DNA of 64,000 bases, from contig NC_086108.1 in assembly GCF_963921235.1 (NCBI RefSeq), positions 107,758,001 to 107,822,000 on the forward strand, written 5' to 3'. Both the position numbers and the translations under genes were made by a program. Position 1 is the stretch's first letter, and each line of letters opens with the position of its first letter. Origin of the DNA: Mobula hypostoma. Taxonomy: Eukaryota. Shown here one piece after another: positions 1 through 12,544 of the stretch. The notes beneath the pieces were generated by a model. It was given only the letters and a program-made list of their open reading frames with translations, was not told the DNA's origin and made no database searches.

Positions 1-492
1 TAGCCCATCCACTTCAAGGTTCAACATATGCGTTCAGAGATGCTCTTCTGCACACCACTGCTGTAACGTGTGGTTATTTGAGTTACTGTTGCCTTCCCGT
101 CAGCTTGAGCCAGTCTGGCCATCCTCCTCTCACTCCTCTCACCTCTCTCACCTCTCTCATTCACAAGGCAGTTTTGCCCACAAAACTGCCACTCGCTGGA
201 CCTTTTTTTGCTTTTCGTACCATTCTTTGTTAACTCTAGAGGCTTGTTTGTCCAAATCCCAGGAGATCAGCAGTATCTGAGATACACCACACCATCTGGT
301 ACCAACAATCATTCCACGGTCAAAGTCACTTAGATCACATTTCTTCCCCATTTTGATGTTTGATCTGAACAACAACTAAACCTCTTGACCATGGCTGCAA
401 TTATGCTTTAATGCATTGAGTTGCTGTCACATGATTTGCTGATCAGATATTTGTATTAACGAGCGGGTGTACCTAATAAAGTGGCCACTGAG
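1..492 (-). mobile_element. Tc1/mariner-derived non-autonomous DNA transposon (truncated by window edge)
   Basis: ORF 157..375(-) reads MGKKCDLSDFDRGMIVG, a Tc1 transposase N-terminus. Terminal repeat TACCTAATAAAGTGGCCACTGAG at 470-492 recurs at ~31436, ~31856, ~52556 and ~53760. Confidence 0.85.
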
Positions 493-499
493 CGTCATA

Positions 500-1525
500 T
501 TGTGAAATTTGTTCTTTTGAGGCAGTGGTACAGTGCAGATATAAAAATTACCATAAGTACAAAAAGAATATATAAATTAAATAAATGATGAGGTACTGTT
601 CATGGGTTCATGGACCATCTAGAAACCTGATCGCAGAGGGTAAGAAAGTTCGAAGTAAATTTATTATCAAGTTACATATATCACCATATACAACACTGAG
701 ATTCATTTTCTTGAGGGCATACTCAATATATCGAATAACCATAATATAATCAATGAAAGACCGCACTGAACAGAGCAGAGGACCAGTGTGCAAAAGACAA
801 CAAACTGCAAATGCAAGAAAAAGGGAATAAAAGTAATTAATAAATAAGCAATAGATATCGAGAACATGAAATGAAGAGTCCTTGAGAGTGGGTCCATAGG
901 TTGTGAGAACAGTTGTGGAGAGTGAAGTTATTTCCACTGGTTCAATAGCCTGATGGTTGAGGGGTTGTAACTGTTCCTGATCCTGGTGTTGTGAGTTATG
1001 AAGCTGATGGCAGCAGTGAGAAGAGAGCATGGCCTGGGTGGTGGGGGTCCCTGATGATGGATGCTGCTTTTCTGTGACAACACTCGATATAGCTCTATGG
1101 TGGGGAGGGCATTACCCATGATGCACTGGGCCATATCCACTACTTTTTGCAGGATTTTTTGTTCAAGGGCTTTGATGTTTCCATACCAGGACCTGACGCA
1201 GCCACTTATCTTAGTTCCTAAAGAGTTGAGTGTGTGTCTTCAGGCTCCTGTACCACCTCCTTGCTGGTAGTAATAAGAAGAAGGCCTCTTCTGAATGGTG
1301 AGGGTCCTTCATAATAGATGCCACCTTCCATGCCTTTTGAAGGTGTCCTCAATGCAGGAGGGGCTAGTGGCTTTGATGGAGATGGATGAGTTTCCAGCCC
1401 TCTGCAGCTTTTTCTGATCCCGCGCATTAGCACCTCCATACCTGGCAGTGATGAAACCACTTGGAATGCTCTCCGCAGTATGTCGAACTTTGCTAAAGGC
1501 TTTGATGAGTATATAGGATTACTCA
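500..1525 (-). mobile_element. Stacked 3' fragments of Rex1/Babar-type LINEs
   Basis: Degenerate end-of-ORF segment matching the IIKD..HPGHALFSLLPSGRR region and 3' UTR of the 10.5-12.2 kb element. Confidence 0.7.
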
Positions 1526-1639
1526 ATTATAATGCTGCATCACAATGAATCTCCTGACATCAAGCATAGTGACTGACTTGTAGAGAAGAAGTTGGCTGCC
1601 ATCTGAGTTATGACCTCTTGGTCTGTACTTTCATAATAA

Positions 1640-2135
1640 TAGTCATATCCTATTTATAGAGCGCTTTTTGTATAGATGATATAGTTCAAACTGCTTTACA
1701 ATGGAATAAAGTTCCAACATGAAAATAGAATAGAAATAAACACAAAACTAAAGACAAAAAGATGTTAGTTAAGATAAGGGTTAAATCAATACGTTTTGAG
1801 CTGGTGTTTAAAAGTGTCATCTGAGTCTGCATCCCTTATAGTTTTAGGTATTGAGTTCCACAGTTTGGGATCGTAAGTCAAAAAGCTGACCTGCCAATTA
1901 TCCTTTGAGAGAGATTGTTTAAATTTAAGACCCCGATGGAAGAAGAACCCAGAGTTCGAGCAGGATTATAAAATGAAAATGATTCTGTGATGTATTCTGG
2001 TCCCAAACCATTAAGAGCTTTAAAGACAAGTAAGAGAACTTTAAAATCAATTCTAAAAGATACAGGAAGCCAATGCATCAATAAACCATTCTTGGCAGTT
2101 TAGCAATGCAGGAATTAAATTGGGAATGCTGAGAG
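1640..2135 (-). mobile_element. L2-type LINE 3' fragment
   Basis: ORF 1878..2081(-) HWLPVSFRIDFKVLLLVFKALNGLGPEYI is the characteristic L2 ORF2 C-terminal motif. Confidence 0.8.
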
Positions 2136-2735
2136 GAAACATGAGGCTTAGGTGAGTGTTAGATCGAAACCTGGAATAAAATGTGGTGTTAAAGTGTGAG
2201 GAATGGTGTGGCACTCTTCCATTCTGTTTGTGTGTGGCTTCTGGAGGTGACAGAAGGGCAAGAGAGGGAGGAACATTGCTGAAAGCTGTATTTCCTTGTT
2301 TTGTCATCGCATACTTTACACTGTTTTCCCCAAGCTGAACCCACAGACCTCGGGGTTGGTATCCACTTCTGTCTGCACCTCATTCAGCACTGTGTCAATG
2401 CACTGAACACATCACACACATAGAGTCATAGAACACTACAGCACAAAAACAAGTCCACATCCACCATTTCCACTGGCAGCTCATTCCACACTATCACCAC
2501 CCTCTGAGTGAAGAAGTTCCCCTAAAATATTTCACCTTTCACCCTTAACCCATGACCTCTAGTTCTGGTGTCACACAACATCAGTGGAGAAATCTTTAAC
2601 TTACCCTGTAAATACCCCTCATAATTTTGTATACCTCTATCAATTCTCCTGTCAATCTTCGACATTTCAGGGAATAAACTCCTAACCTATTCAATATTTC
2701 CCTATAAAGCAGGTCCTCAAGTCCTGGCACCATCA

Positions 2736-5232
2736 CAGAAACATGGAAAACCTACAGCACTTCGGCCCACAATGCTGTGCTGAACATGTACTTACTTTAG
2801 AAATTGCCTAGGCTTACCCATAGTCCTCTAGTTTTCCAACCTCCATGTACCTATCCAGGAGTCTCTTAAAAGAGACTTGTATCTGCCTCCACCACCGTCA
2901 CTGGCAGCCCATTCCATGCACCTCACCTCTCTCAGTGTAAAACACTGACCCCGACCTCTCCTCTGTACCAACTTGCAAGCACCTTAAAACTGTGCCCTCT
3001 CATGTTAGCCATTTCAGCCCTGGGAAAAAGCCTCTGACTATCCACTTGATCATTGCCTCTCATCATCTTGTACACCTCTATCAGGTCACTTCTCATCCTC
3101 CATCGCTGCAAGGAGAAAAGGCCGAGTTCACTCAACCTATTCTCATAAGGCATGCTCCCCAATCCAGGTAACATCCTTGTAAATCTCCTCTGCACCCTTT
3201 CTATGGTTTCCACATCCTTCCTGTAGTGAGGCAACTAGATCTGAGCACAGTACTCCAAGTGTGGTCTGACTAGGGGCCTATATAGTTGGTAACATTACCT
3301 CTCGGCTCTTAAACCCAATCCCACGGTTGATGAAGGCCTTCTTAGCCACAGAGTCAACCAGCACAGCAGCTTTGAGTGTCCTATGGACTCACCCCAAGAT
3401 CCCTCTGATCCTCCACACGGCCAAGAGTCTTACCATTAATACTATATTCTGCCATAATATTTGACCTACCAAAATTAACCACCTCATACCTATCTGGGTT
3501 GAACTCCATCTGCCACTTCTCAGCCAAGTTTTGCATCCTATCAATGTCCTGCTGTAACCTCTGACAGTCCTCCACACTACCCACAACACCTCCAACCTTT
3601 GTGCCATCAGCAAATTTACTAACCCATCCCTGCACTTCCTGATTCAGGTCATTTATAAAAAAAAATCACGAAGAGAAGGGTTCCCAGAACAGATCCCTGA
3701 GGCACACCACTGGTCACCGATCTCCGATCTCCATTCAGAATAAGACCCGTCTGCAACCACTCTTTGCCTTCTGTGGGCAAGCCAATTCTGGATCCACAAA
3801 GCAAGGTCCCCTTGGATCCCATGCCTTCTTAGGGTACCTTATCAAATGCCTTGCTGAAATCCATATACACTATATCTACTGCTCTACCTTCATCAACGTG
3901 TTTAGTCACATTCTCAAAACATTCAATGACAAAGCCATGCTGACCATTCCTAATCATATTATGCCTCTCAAAATGTTCATAAATCCTGCCTCTCAGGATC
4001 TTCTCCATCAACTTACCAACCACTGAAGTAAGCTCACTGGTCTATAATTTCCTGGGCTATCCCTACTCCCTTCCTTGAATAGGGAACAACATTTGCAACC
4101 CTCCAATCCTCTGGAACCTCTCCCATCCCCATTGAAGATGCAAAGGTCATTGCTAGAGGCACAGGAATCTCCTCCCTCACCTCCCACAGTAGACTGGGGT
4201 ACATCTCATCTGGTCCCGGAGGCTTATCCAACTTGATGTTTTCCAAAAGCTCCAGCACATCCTCTTTCTTAATGTCTATATGCTCAAGCTTTTCAATCCG
4301 CTGTAAGTCATCCCTACAATCGCTAAGTTCCTTTTCCGTAGTGAATACTGAAGCAAAGTATTCATTAAGTACCTCCACTATCTCATCTGGTTCCATACAC
4401 ACTTCTCTACTGTCACACTTCATTGGTCCTATTCTCTGAAATCTTATCCTCTTGCTCTTCACATTCTTGTAGAATGCTTTGGGGTTTTCTATAATCCTGT
4501 TCACCAAGGCCTTCTCATGGCCCCTTCTGGCTCTCCTAATTTCATTTTTAAGCTTCTCCCAGCTAGCGTTATAATCTTCTAGATCTCTATCATTACCTAG
4601 TTTTTTGAACCTTTCGTAGGCTCTTCTTCTTGACTAGATTTTCAACAGCCTTTGTACACCAAGGTTCCTATACCCTACCATCCTCTCCCTGTCTCATTGG
4701 AACGTACCTATGCAGAATGCCGTGCAAATATTCCCTGAACATTTGCCACATTTCTGCCGTACATTTCCCTGAGAACATCTGTTCGCAATTTATGCATCCA
4801 AGTTGCTGCCTGATAGCTTCGTATTTCCCCTTACTCCAATTAAATGCTTTCCCTAACTTGTCTGTTCCTATCCCTCTCCAATGCTATGGTAAAGGAGATA
4901 GAATTGTGATCATTATCTCCAAAATGCTCTCCCACTGAGAGACCTGACACCTGACCAGGTTCATTTCCCAATACCGGTTCAAGTACAGCCTCTCCTCTTG
5001 TAGGCTTATCTACATATTGTGTCAAGAAACCTTCCTGATCACACCTAACAAACTCCACCCCATCTAAACCCCTCACTCTAGGGAGATGCCAATCACTATT
5101 TGGGAAATTAAAATCTCCCACCACAACAACCCTGTTATTATTACACCTTTCCAGAATCTGTCTCCCTATCTGTTCCTCAATGTCCCTGTTACTATTGGGT
5201 GGTCTATAAAAAACACCCAGTAGAGTTATTGA
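2736..5232 (-). mobile_element. CR1 LINE, 5'-truncated, disrupted ORF2 (endonuclease end + RT)
   Basis: Collinear minus-strand fragments: VGDFNFP (4840..5124), PGPDEMYP (4034..4507), YMDFSKAFDKVP (3829..4023), KFADGTK (3381..3635), ERVQRRFTRM (2932..3234). CR1-type 3' tail at ~2736-2760. Frameshifts and stops present. Confidence 0.95.
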
Positions 5233-5369
5233 GTGTTTTTTATCCTTATAACATAGAATATAGACCAGTACAGCACAGGAACTACCCCATCAGCCCACAA
5301 TGTCTGTACTCAGAGTTCATCCTGAATTTAACTAAATAATTTCACAGGATTCTGGGGAAATGGTATGAT

Positions 5370-5510
5370 ATGGGATGATAGCATATCGTTTAGTATAATA
5401 CTAACTGACTAGCGGCTTGGGTTTCATTCCCACTGCTGCCTGTAAGGAGTTTGTATATTCTCCCTGTGGACGTGTGGCTTTCCTCCAGGTGCTCAGGTTT
5501 CCTCCCACAG
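5370..5510 (+). mobile_element. V-SINE/HE1-type tRNA-derived SINE, partial
   Basis: Core GTGGCTTTCCTCCAGGTGCTCAGGTTTCCTCCCACA preceded by a degenerate tRNA-like head. Confidence 0.7.
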
Positions 5511-5549
5511 GTTGCTGACCCTCTCCACCTCTGATGAGGACAGGCTCAC

Positions 5550-5690
5550 GGGGAGGGAACTTTGCCTGGAAGAATATGGGCTACACTGGAGACGGCTTGA
5601 AAGACTGGTCCAGGACCGAGTACTCTGGCGAGCTGCTGTCAGCCGTCTATGCCCCAGTAGGGGTGATGGGCTTAACTAACTATCTAACTT
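5550..5690 (+). mobile_element. RTE LINE 3' end
   Basis: Encodes WRRLERLVQDRVLWRAAVSRLCP, resembling the RTE ORF terminus, followed by a (TAAC)n-like tail. Confidence 0.6.
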
Positions 5691-6176
5691 CATGAAAACA
5701 TCCCTGCTCATCTCTGAAAGTAATGCAGTTGAATTCTGAAACTCCACTTGAAATGGTGGATCACTTTTGCTGAAGCTTCCTCCTCTGACTGCTCAAGGTT
5801 CCATTTATTGTGACTCTTACAGAGTCATGGAAAGATAGTTATAAAGCATGGAAATAGCCCCATCAGCCCAACTGGGCCCTGCTGGCAACAAGCCTCATCC
5901 AAATTTGCCAGTATTTCACCCATAATCATCTGAACCTTTCCAATCCATGTAGCTGTCCAACTGCATTTTAGATGTTGTTATTGTCTCTACTTTCTTAGAA
6001 GTTTGCATATGTTTACCATCTAAAGCTTTGACAAACTTCCCAAGATGCCACAGTGGAATGTATCAATCTGGTAGCATTGTGGCTTGGTCTGATCTGAACA
6101 CAATACTCCACTTGGATTCTCAGTAGCATCCTATGCAACCGCGCGATGACATCCCAATTTTATACTCAATGCCCTG

Positions 6177-8593
6177 ATAGAACATAGCATAGTACAGCAC
6201 AGTACAGGCCTTTCGGCCCACAATGTTGTGCCGACCCTCAAACCCTGCCTCCCATATAAGCCCCCACCTTAGATTCCTCCATATACCTGTCTAGTAGTCT
6301 CTTAAACTTCACTAGTGTATCTGCCTCCACCACTGACTCAGGCAGTGCATTCCACGCACCAACCACTCTCTGAGTAAAAAACCTTCCTCTAATATCCCCC
6401 TTGAACTTCCCACCCCTTACCTTAAAGCCATGTACTCTTGTATTGAGCAGTGGTGCCCTGGGGAAGAGGTGCTGGCTATCCACTCTAATTATTCCTCTTA
6501 TTATCTTGTACACCTCTATCATGTCTCCCCTCATCCTCCTTCTCTCCAAAGAGTAAAGCCCTAGCTCCCTTAATCTCTGATCATAATGCATACTTTCTAA
6601 ACCAGGCAGCATCCTGGTAAATCTCCTCTGTACCCTTTCTAATGCTTCCACATCCTTCCTATAGTGAGGTGACCAGAACTGGACACAGTACTCCAAGTGT
6701 GGTCTAACCAGAGTTTTATAGAGCTGCATCATTACATCGTGACTCTTAAACTCTATCCCTCGACTTATGAAAGCTAACACCCCATAAGCTTTCTTAACTA
6801 CCCTATCCACCTGTGAGGCAACTTTCAGGGATCTGTGGACATGTACTCCGAGATCCCTCTGCTCCTCCACACTACCAAGTATCCTGCCATTTACTTTGTA
6901 CTCTGCCTTGGAGTTTGTCCTTCCAAAGTGTACCACCTCACACTTCTCCGGGTTGAACTCCATCTGCCACTTCTCAGCCCACTTCTGCATCCTATCAATG
7001 CCTCTCTGCAATCTTTGACAATCCTTTACACTATCTACAACACCACCAACCTTTGTGTCGTCTGCAAACTTGCCAACCCACCCTTCTACCCCCACATCCA
7101 GGTTATTAATAAAAACCACGAAAAGTAGAGGTCCCAGAACAGATCCTTGTGGGACACCACTAGTCACAATCCTCCAATCTGAATGTACTCCCTCCACCAC
7201 CACCCTCTGCCTTCTGCAGGCAAGCCAATTCTGAATCCACCTGGCCAAACTTCCCTGGATCCCATGCCTTCTAACTTTCTGAATAAGCCTGCCGTGTGGA
7301 ACCTTGTCAAATGCCTTACTAAAATCCATATAGATCAGATCCACTACACTACCCTCATCTATATGCCTGGTCACCTCCTCAAAGAACTCTATCAGCCTTG
7401 TTAGACACAATCTGCCCTTCACAAAGCCATGCTGACTGTCCCTGATCAGACCATGATTCTCTAAATGCCTATAGATCCTATCTCTAAGAATCTTTTCCAA
7501 CAGCTTTCCCACCACAGGTGTAAGGCTCACTGGTCTATAATCTATCCCTACTACCTTTTTTGAACAAGGGAACAACATTCGCCTCCCTCCAATCCTCCGG
7601 TACCATTCCCGTGGACAACGAGGACATAAAGATCCTAGCCAGAGGCTCAGCAATCTCTTCTCTCGCCTCGTGGAGCAGCCGGGGGAATATTCCATCAGGC
7701 CCCGGGGACTTATCTGTCCTAATGTATTTTAACAACTCCAACACCTCCTCTCCCTTAATATCAGCATGCTCCAGAACATCAACCTCACTCATATTGTCCT
7801 CACCATCATCAAGTTCCCTCTCATTGGTGAATACCGAAGAGAAGTATTCATTGAGGACCTCGCTCACTTCCACAGCCTCCAGGCACATCTTCCCACCTTT
7901 ATCTCTAATTGGTCCTACCTTCACTCCTGTCATCCTTTTTGTCTTCACATAATTGAAGAATGCCTTGGGGTTTTCCTTTACCCTACTCGCCAAGGCCTTC
8001 TCATGCCCCCTTCTTGCTCTTCTCAGCCCCTTCTTAAGCTCCTTTCTTGCTTCCCTATATTCCTCAATAGACCCATCTGATCCTTGCTTCCGAAACCTCA
8101 TGTATGCTGCCTTCTTCCTCCTGACTAGACTTTCCACCTCACTTGTCACTCATGGTTCCTTCACCCTACCATTCTTTTTCTTCCTCACCGGGACAAATTT
8201 ATCCCTTACATCCCGCAAGAGATCTCTAAACATCGACCACATGTCCATAGTACATTTCCCTGCAAAAACATCATCCCAATTCACACCCGCAAGTTCTAGC
8301 CTTATAGCCTCATAATTTGCCTTTCCCCAATTAAAAATTTTCCTGTCCTCTTTGATTCTATCCTTTTCCATGATAATTATAAAGGCCAGGGAGCGGTGGT
8401 CACTGTCCCCCAGATGCTCACCCACTGAGAGATCTGTAACCTGACCCGGTTCATTACCTAGTACTAGATCTAGTATGGCATTCCCCCTGGTCGGCCTGTG
8501 ACAGGAATCCATCCTGGACACACTTAACAAATTCTGCCCCATCTAAAACCTTGGAACTAATCAGGTGCCAATCAATTTTAGGGAAGTTAAAGC
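6177..8593 (-). mobile_element. Young CR1 LINE, 5'-truncated, RT domain still open
   Basis: ORFs 8150..8542, 7535..8149 and 6238..7695 give a near-continuous ORF2 with DFSKAFDKVPH, GVPQGSVLGP and KFADDTK. It is broken by a stop at 8150-8152 and by an 8-nt deletion (TCCGGGTA) near 7542, seen by comparison with the sister copy at ~55190. Inserted into an older CR1 remnant. Confidence 0.97.
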
Positions 8594-9224
8594 CAATGAT
8601 GCCAAAAGCCTTCTTCACTACCCTGTCTTCATGTCTCTCCACTCTCTGTGAGCAATGCACTTGCACTCCCCAGTCCTACAGCACTCCTTAGGGCCCTGCC
8701 ACTTGCTGTGAAAGTCCTCCTCCTCAGAAGTCTCCTGACCTGCGGTTGAAACCCTCTGACTTAGAGCCCTTGTGACTGACAAAAGCTGAGCCACACGGAA
8801 CCTGTAACAAGGAAATATAAAAGTCTTTATTCACACAGCAGGCCTCCAAGAGAGAGAGTCCAAGTGATTCCAAGAAACTCTCACTTTCCTGACACAATGT
8901 TTTCTACATCTTTAACACAAGGGTAACAATTGTCAATTAACTACAGTTTTAATTGCCATAGTCACCTACTTAACTTTAATATTTTGAATATAGTCAAATG
9001 GTGTATGGAACATAGGTAAATTGAGTTGCTTGTCCAACCGTAGTTTGTCCTCATTGTGGTAGTAGAGGTGATGGACAGACATGTCAATGATTCGATGATT
9101 CAATTTAATATTAGAGAATGTATATAGTATACAACCTGAAATTCTTACTCTTTGCAGACATCCGCAAAACAAAGAGGAAAAAATGAAGAATGAATGAATG
9201 ACAGAACTATGTTAGAACCCCAAA

Positions 9225-9530
9225 TGTCAGAATGGGAATGGGACATTGAACTGAAGTGGATAACTGTAGAGCAGAAGCATTCCATATTCCACCTGAGAGG
9301 CCTCCAACATGATGGCAGCAACATTGATTTCTCTAGCTTTCAGTAATTTCTCCCCACTTCCTCCTTACTCTTCCCCCTCCCTCCCCCCACTCCAGCCCAC
9401 TTTGTTATTCAGGCTTCTGCCCTCTTCTCTTCCAGTCCTGAAGAAGGGTCTTGGCCCAAAACGTCAATTGTTTATTCCTCTCCGTAGATGCTGCTTGACT
9501 TGCTGAGTTCCTCCAGCATTTTGTGTGGTT
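9225..9530 (+). mobile_element. Penelope-like element 3' fragment with degenerate hammerhead motif
   Basis: Ends in CAGTC-CTGAAGA-AGGGTCTTGGCCC-AAAA-CGTC and the shared PLE tail GATGCTGC...GAGTTCCTCCAGCATTTTGTGTG. Confidence 0.75.
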
Positions 9531-9639
9531 CAAGTTTAATTTGACTCTGCTGGACAGCCATTTTGGACCAAAGGGAGTGTTCTTGAGCTTATTGTTCTAT
9601 GTTCTGTGTGTGATGATCTCCCTTTTCATAAAGATAAAG

Positions 9640-9952
9640 ATTAGCTTTATTATTCACATGTACATCAAAACATACAGTAAAATGAATAGCTTACGTAAAA
9701 TTAATCGGCAAGGATTTTGCAGGGGCAGCCCATAAGTGTCGACACTCTTCCAGTGCCAATATATCATGCCCACAATTCACTAACCCTAATCATATATTTT
9801 TGGACTGTGGGAGGAAACCGGGTCACCCAGAGAAAAACCATGTGGTCATGGGGAGAACGTACAAACTTCTTACAGACAGGAATCGAACCCCGATCTTACA
9901 GCTGGCTGCTGTGGAGCATTGCGCTAACTGCTACCCTACTGTGCTGTGCCAC
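9640..9952 (-). mobile_element. V-SINE-type SINE
   Basis: Reverse complement starts GGGTGGCACAGCACAGTAGGGTAGCAGTTAGCGC, has B-box GGTTCGATTCC and the CCCGGTTTCCTCCCACAGTCCAAA core. Confidence 0.75.
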
Positions 9953-10499
9953 CCCCTCCCCCCCATGATGGTGTGATGTTGTGTAGCTTTGATGGACGTA
10001 AAGGGAGTTGGCCCCTTTGCTTCTGCTAACATCAGGGGACAAACTAATGCAGACCACAGCGGTTTTCAATCAGGTTACTTCAGACACCAGGCATCCCGAC
10101 ACGGCCGTCTTCACTCGCCGTGGAACCGGTGCGAAGCAGAAGTGGATGGAGGGTTAATTAGGCAGCACTTGTTGTTGAGAATGACCTTCTCTCATTCTAT
10201 CCCTCCTCAAGATATAGTGACATGCTTCACTGAAATAATCTCTGATGGAAGCAATTCTTTTTTTGGAGACAAGTTTCTACCTTGCACAAGATGTTATTAT
10301 TGGCACACCGCTCAAGCATCAGAACTTTCAAACTGTATTTATTATGGTTATATCCATATCTTATGAAGCCTCTGAGAGATCACCCCAGGAGGGTTCTGCC
10401 CAATTTGGTTTCCTTTGTTATGGAAAGGATATACATTCAGTCAGTGTACGTTCACGGTTTTCTGTAGTCTATCCACTTCAATATTCGACATATCATATG

Positions 10500-12175
10500 T
10501 TCAGAATCAGAATCAGGCTCATTATCACCGGCATGTGTCATGGAATTTGTTAACTTAGCAGCAGCAGTTCAATGCAATACATAATACAGAAGAAAATAAA
10601 TATATTCCAGTATATGTATATTGAATGAATGAAAAATTGTGGTGCAAAAACAGAAATAATATATATTTAAAAAGTGAGGTAGTGTTCATGGGTTCAATGT
10701 CCATTTAGGAATCAGATGGCAGAGGGGAAGAAACTGTTCCTGAATCGCTGAGTGTGTGCCTTCAGGCTTCTGTATCTCCTACCTGATGGTAACAGTGAGA
10801 AAAGGGCATGCCCTGGGTGCTGGAGGTCCTTAATAATGGACACTGCCTTTCTGAGACACCACTCCTTGAAGATGTTCTGGGCAGTTTGTAGGGTAGTATT
10901 CAAGATGGAGCCGACTATATTTATGACCCTCTGCAGCTTCTTTCGGTTTTGTGCAGTAGCACCTCCTCCCACCCCCACATACCAGACATTGACGCAGCCT
11001 GTCAGAATGCTCTCCACAGTACATCTATAGAAGTTTTTGAGTGTATTTGTTAACATACCAAATCTCTTCAAACTCCTAATGAAGTATAGCCGCTGTCTTG
11101 CCTTCTTTATAGCTATGTCAATATGTTGGGATCAGGTTAGATCCTCAGAGATCTTGACACCCAGGAACTCGGAACTGCTCATTCTTTCTACTTCTGATCC
11201 CTCTATGAGGATTGTTATGTGTTTCTTCGTCTTACCCTTCCTGAAGTCCACAATCAGCTCTTACGTCTTACTGATGTTGAGTGCCAGGTTGTTGCTGCGA
11301 CACCACTCCACTAGTTGGCACATCTCACTCCTGCATGCCCTCTCATCTCCATCTGATATTCTACCAACAATGGTTGCATCATCAGCAAATTTATAGATGG
11401 TTTTTGAGTTATGCCTAGCCACATAATCATGGGTATAGACAGAGTAGAGCAGTGGGCTAAGCACACACCCCTAAGGTGCACCAGTGTTGATTGTCAGCGA
11501 GGGGGAGATATCATCACCAATCCACAGAGGTTCCGGTTAGGAAGTCGAAGATCCAACTGCAGAGGGACGTACAGAGGCCCAGGTTCTGTAATTTACCAAT
11601 CAGGATTTTGGAAATAATGGTGGTAAATGCTGAGCTGTAGTCGATGAACAGCATCCTGACATAGGTGTTTGTATTGTCCAGGTGGTCTAAGGCCATGTGA
11701 AGAGCCATTGAGATTGCACCTGCCATTGACCTATTGTGGTGATAGGCAAATTGCAATGGGTCCAGGTCCTTGCTGAGGCAGGAGTTCAGTCTAGTCATGA
11801 CCAACCTCTCAAAGCATTTCATCACAATTGATGTGAGTGCTACCGGGCGATAGTCATTAAGGTAGCTTACGTTATTCTTCTTAGGTACTGGCATAATTGT
11901 TCCTTTTTGAAGCAAGGGGGAACTTCTGCCCACAGCAGTGAGAGGTTGAAAATGTCTTTGAATACTTCTGCCAGTTAGTTGGCACAAGTTTTCAGAGCCT
12001 AACCAGGTAATCCGTTGGGGTCTTCTGCCATGCGAGGGTTGACCCTCTTTAACGACAGCCTAACATCGGCCTCCTAGACAGAGATCACAGGGTCACCGGC
12101 TGCAGCAGGGATCTCCACAGCTGCAGTTATGTTCTCCCTTTCAAAGCGGGCATAGAAGGCGTTGAGTTCATCTGG
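10500..12175 (-). mobile_element. Rex1/Babar LINE, 5'-truncated RT pseudogene
   Basis: ORFs 11514..11987 ([38 protein letters not shown]), 11261..11464 (LSPLLYS..YTHD, KFADD) and 10712..11071 (FYRCTVESILT, HPGHALFSLLPSGRRYRS). (CTGATT)n tail at 10500-10517. Confidence 0.92.
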
Positions 12176-12544
12176 TTGTGAACCCTCTTCCGAGATGTCT
12201 CAAGTGGCGACTCGTGAGGCAGCTGAACTCTCAATGGATATGATTACATATTCTCGTGTCAGCTAAGAATCACAACTGTTCCAAGGTCAGTACAGTTAAC
12301 AATGATGTCTTAATGTGATTAAATGAACTATCTCTTGTTAAAACTGATGGAAACAAAGCCAATTGTGGACCTTACTTCTCGCCAGATTCCACGTAGGAAA
12401 TGTGGTAAAAACGCTCTTGTTTATGCTCTTCTCAGAGATGCTCCGAGATGCTCTTTTACACACCACTGTTATAAGGTGTGGATTTGAATTTCGTCACCTT
12501 CCTAACAGCTTGAACTAGTCTGACCATTCTGCTCTGGCCTCTCA

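Noticed and set aside
2201..2226. GAATGG...CCATTC hairpin as a microRNA precursor
   Set aside because: Stem far too short, and no mature miRNA I recognise.
8803..8945. TGT...ACA segment as a second solo LTR
   Set aside because: Short, no TSD and no second copy in the window.
9989..10553. Overlapping 61-125-aa ORFs in a unique island
   Set aside because: No recognisable domain or convincing splice sites; may be regulatory but cannot be supported.
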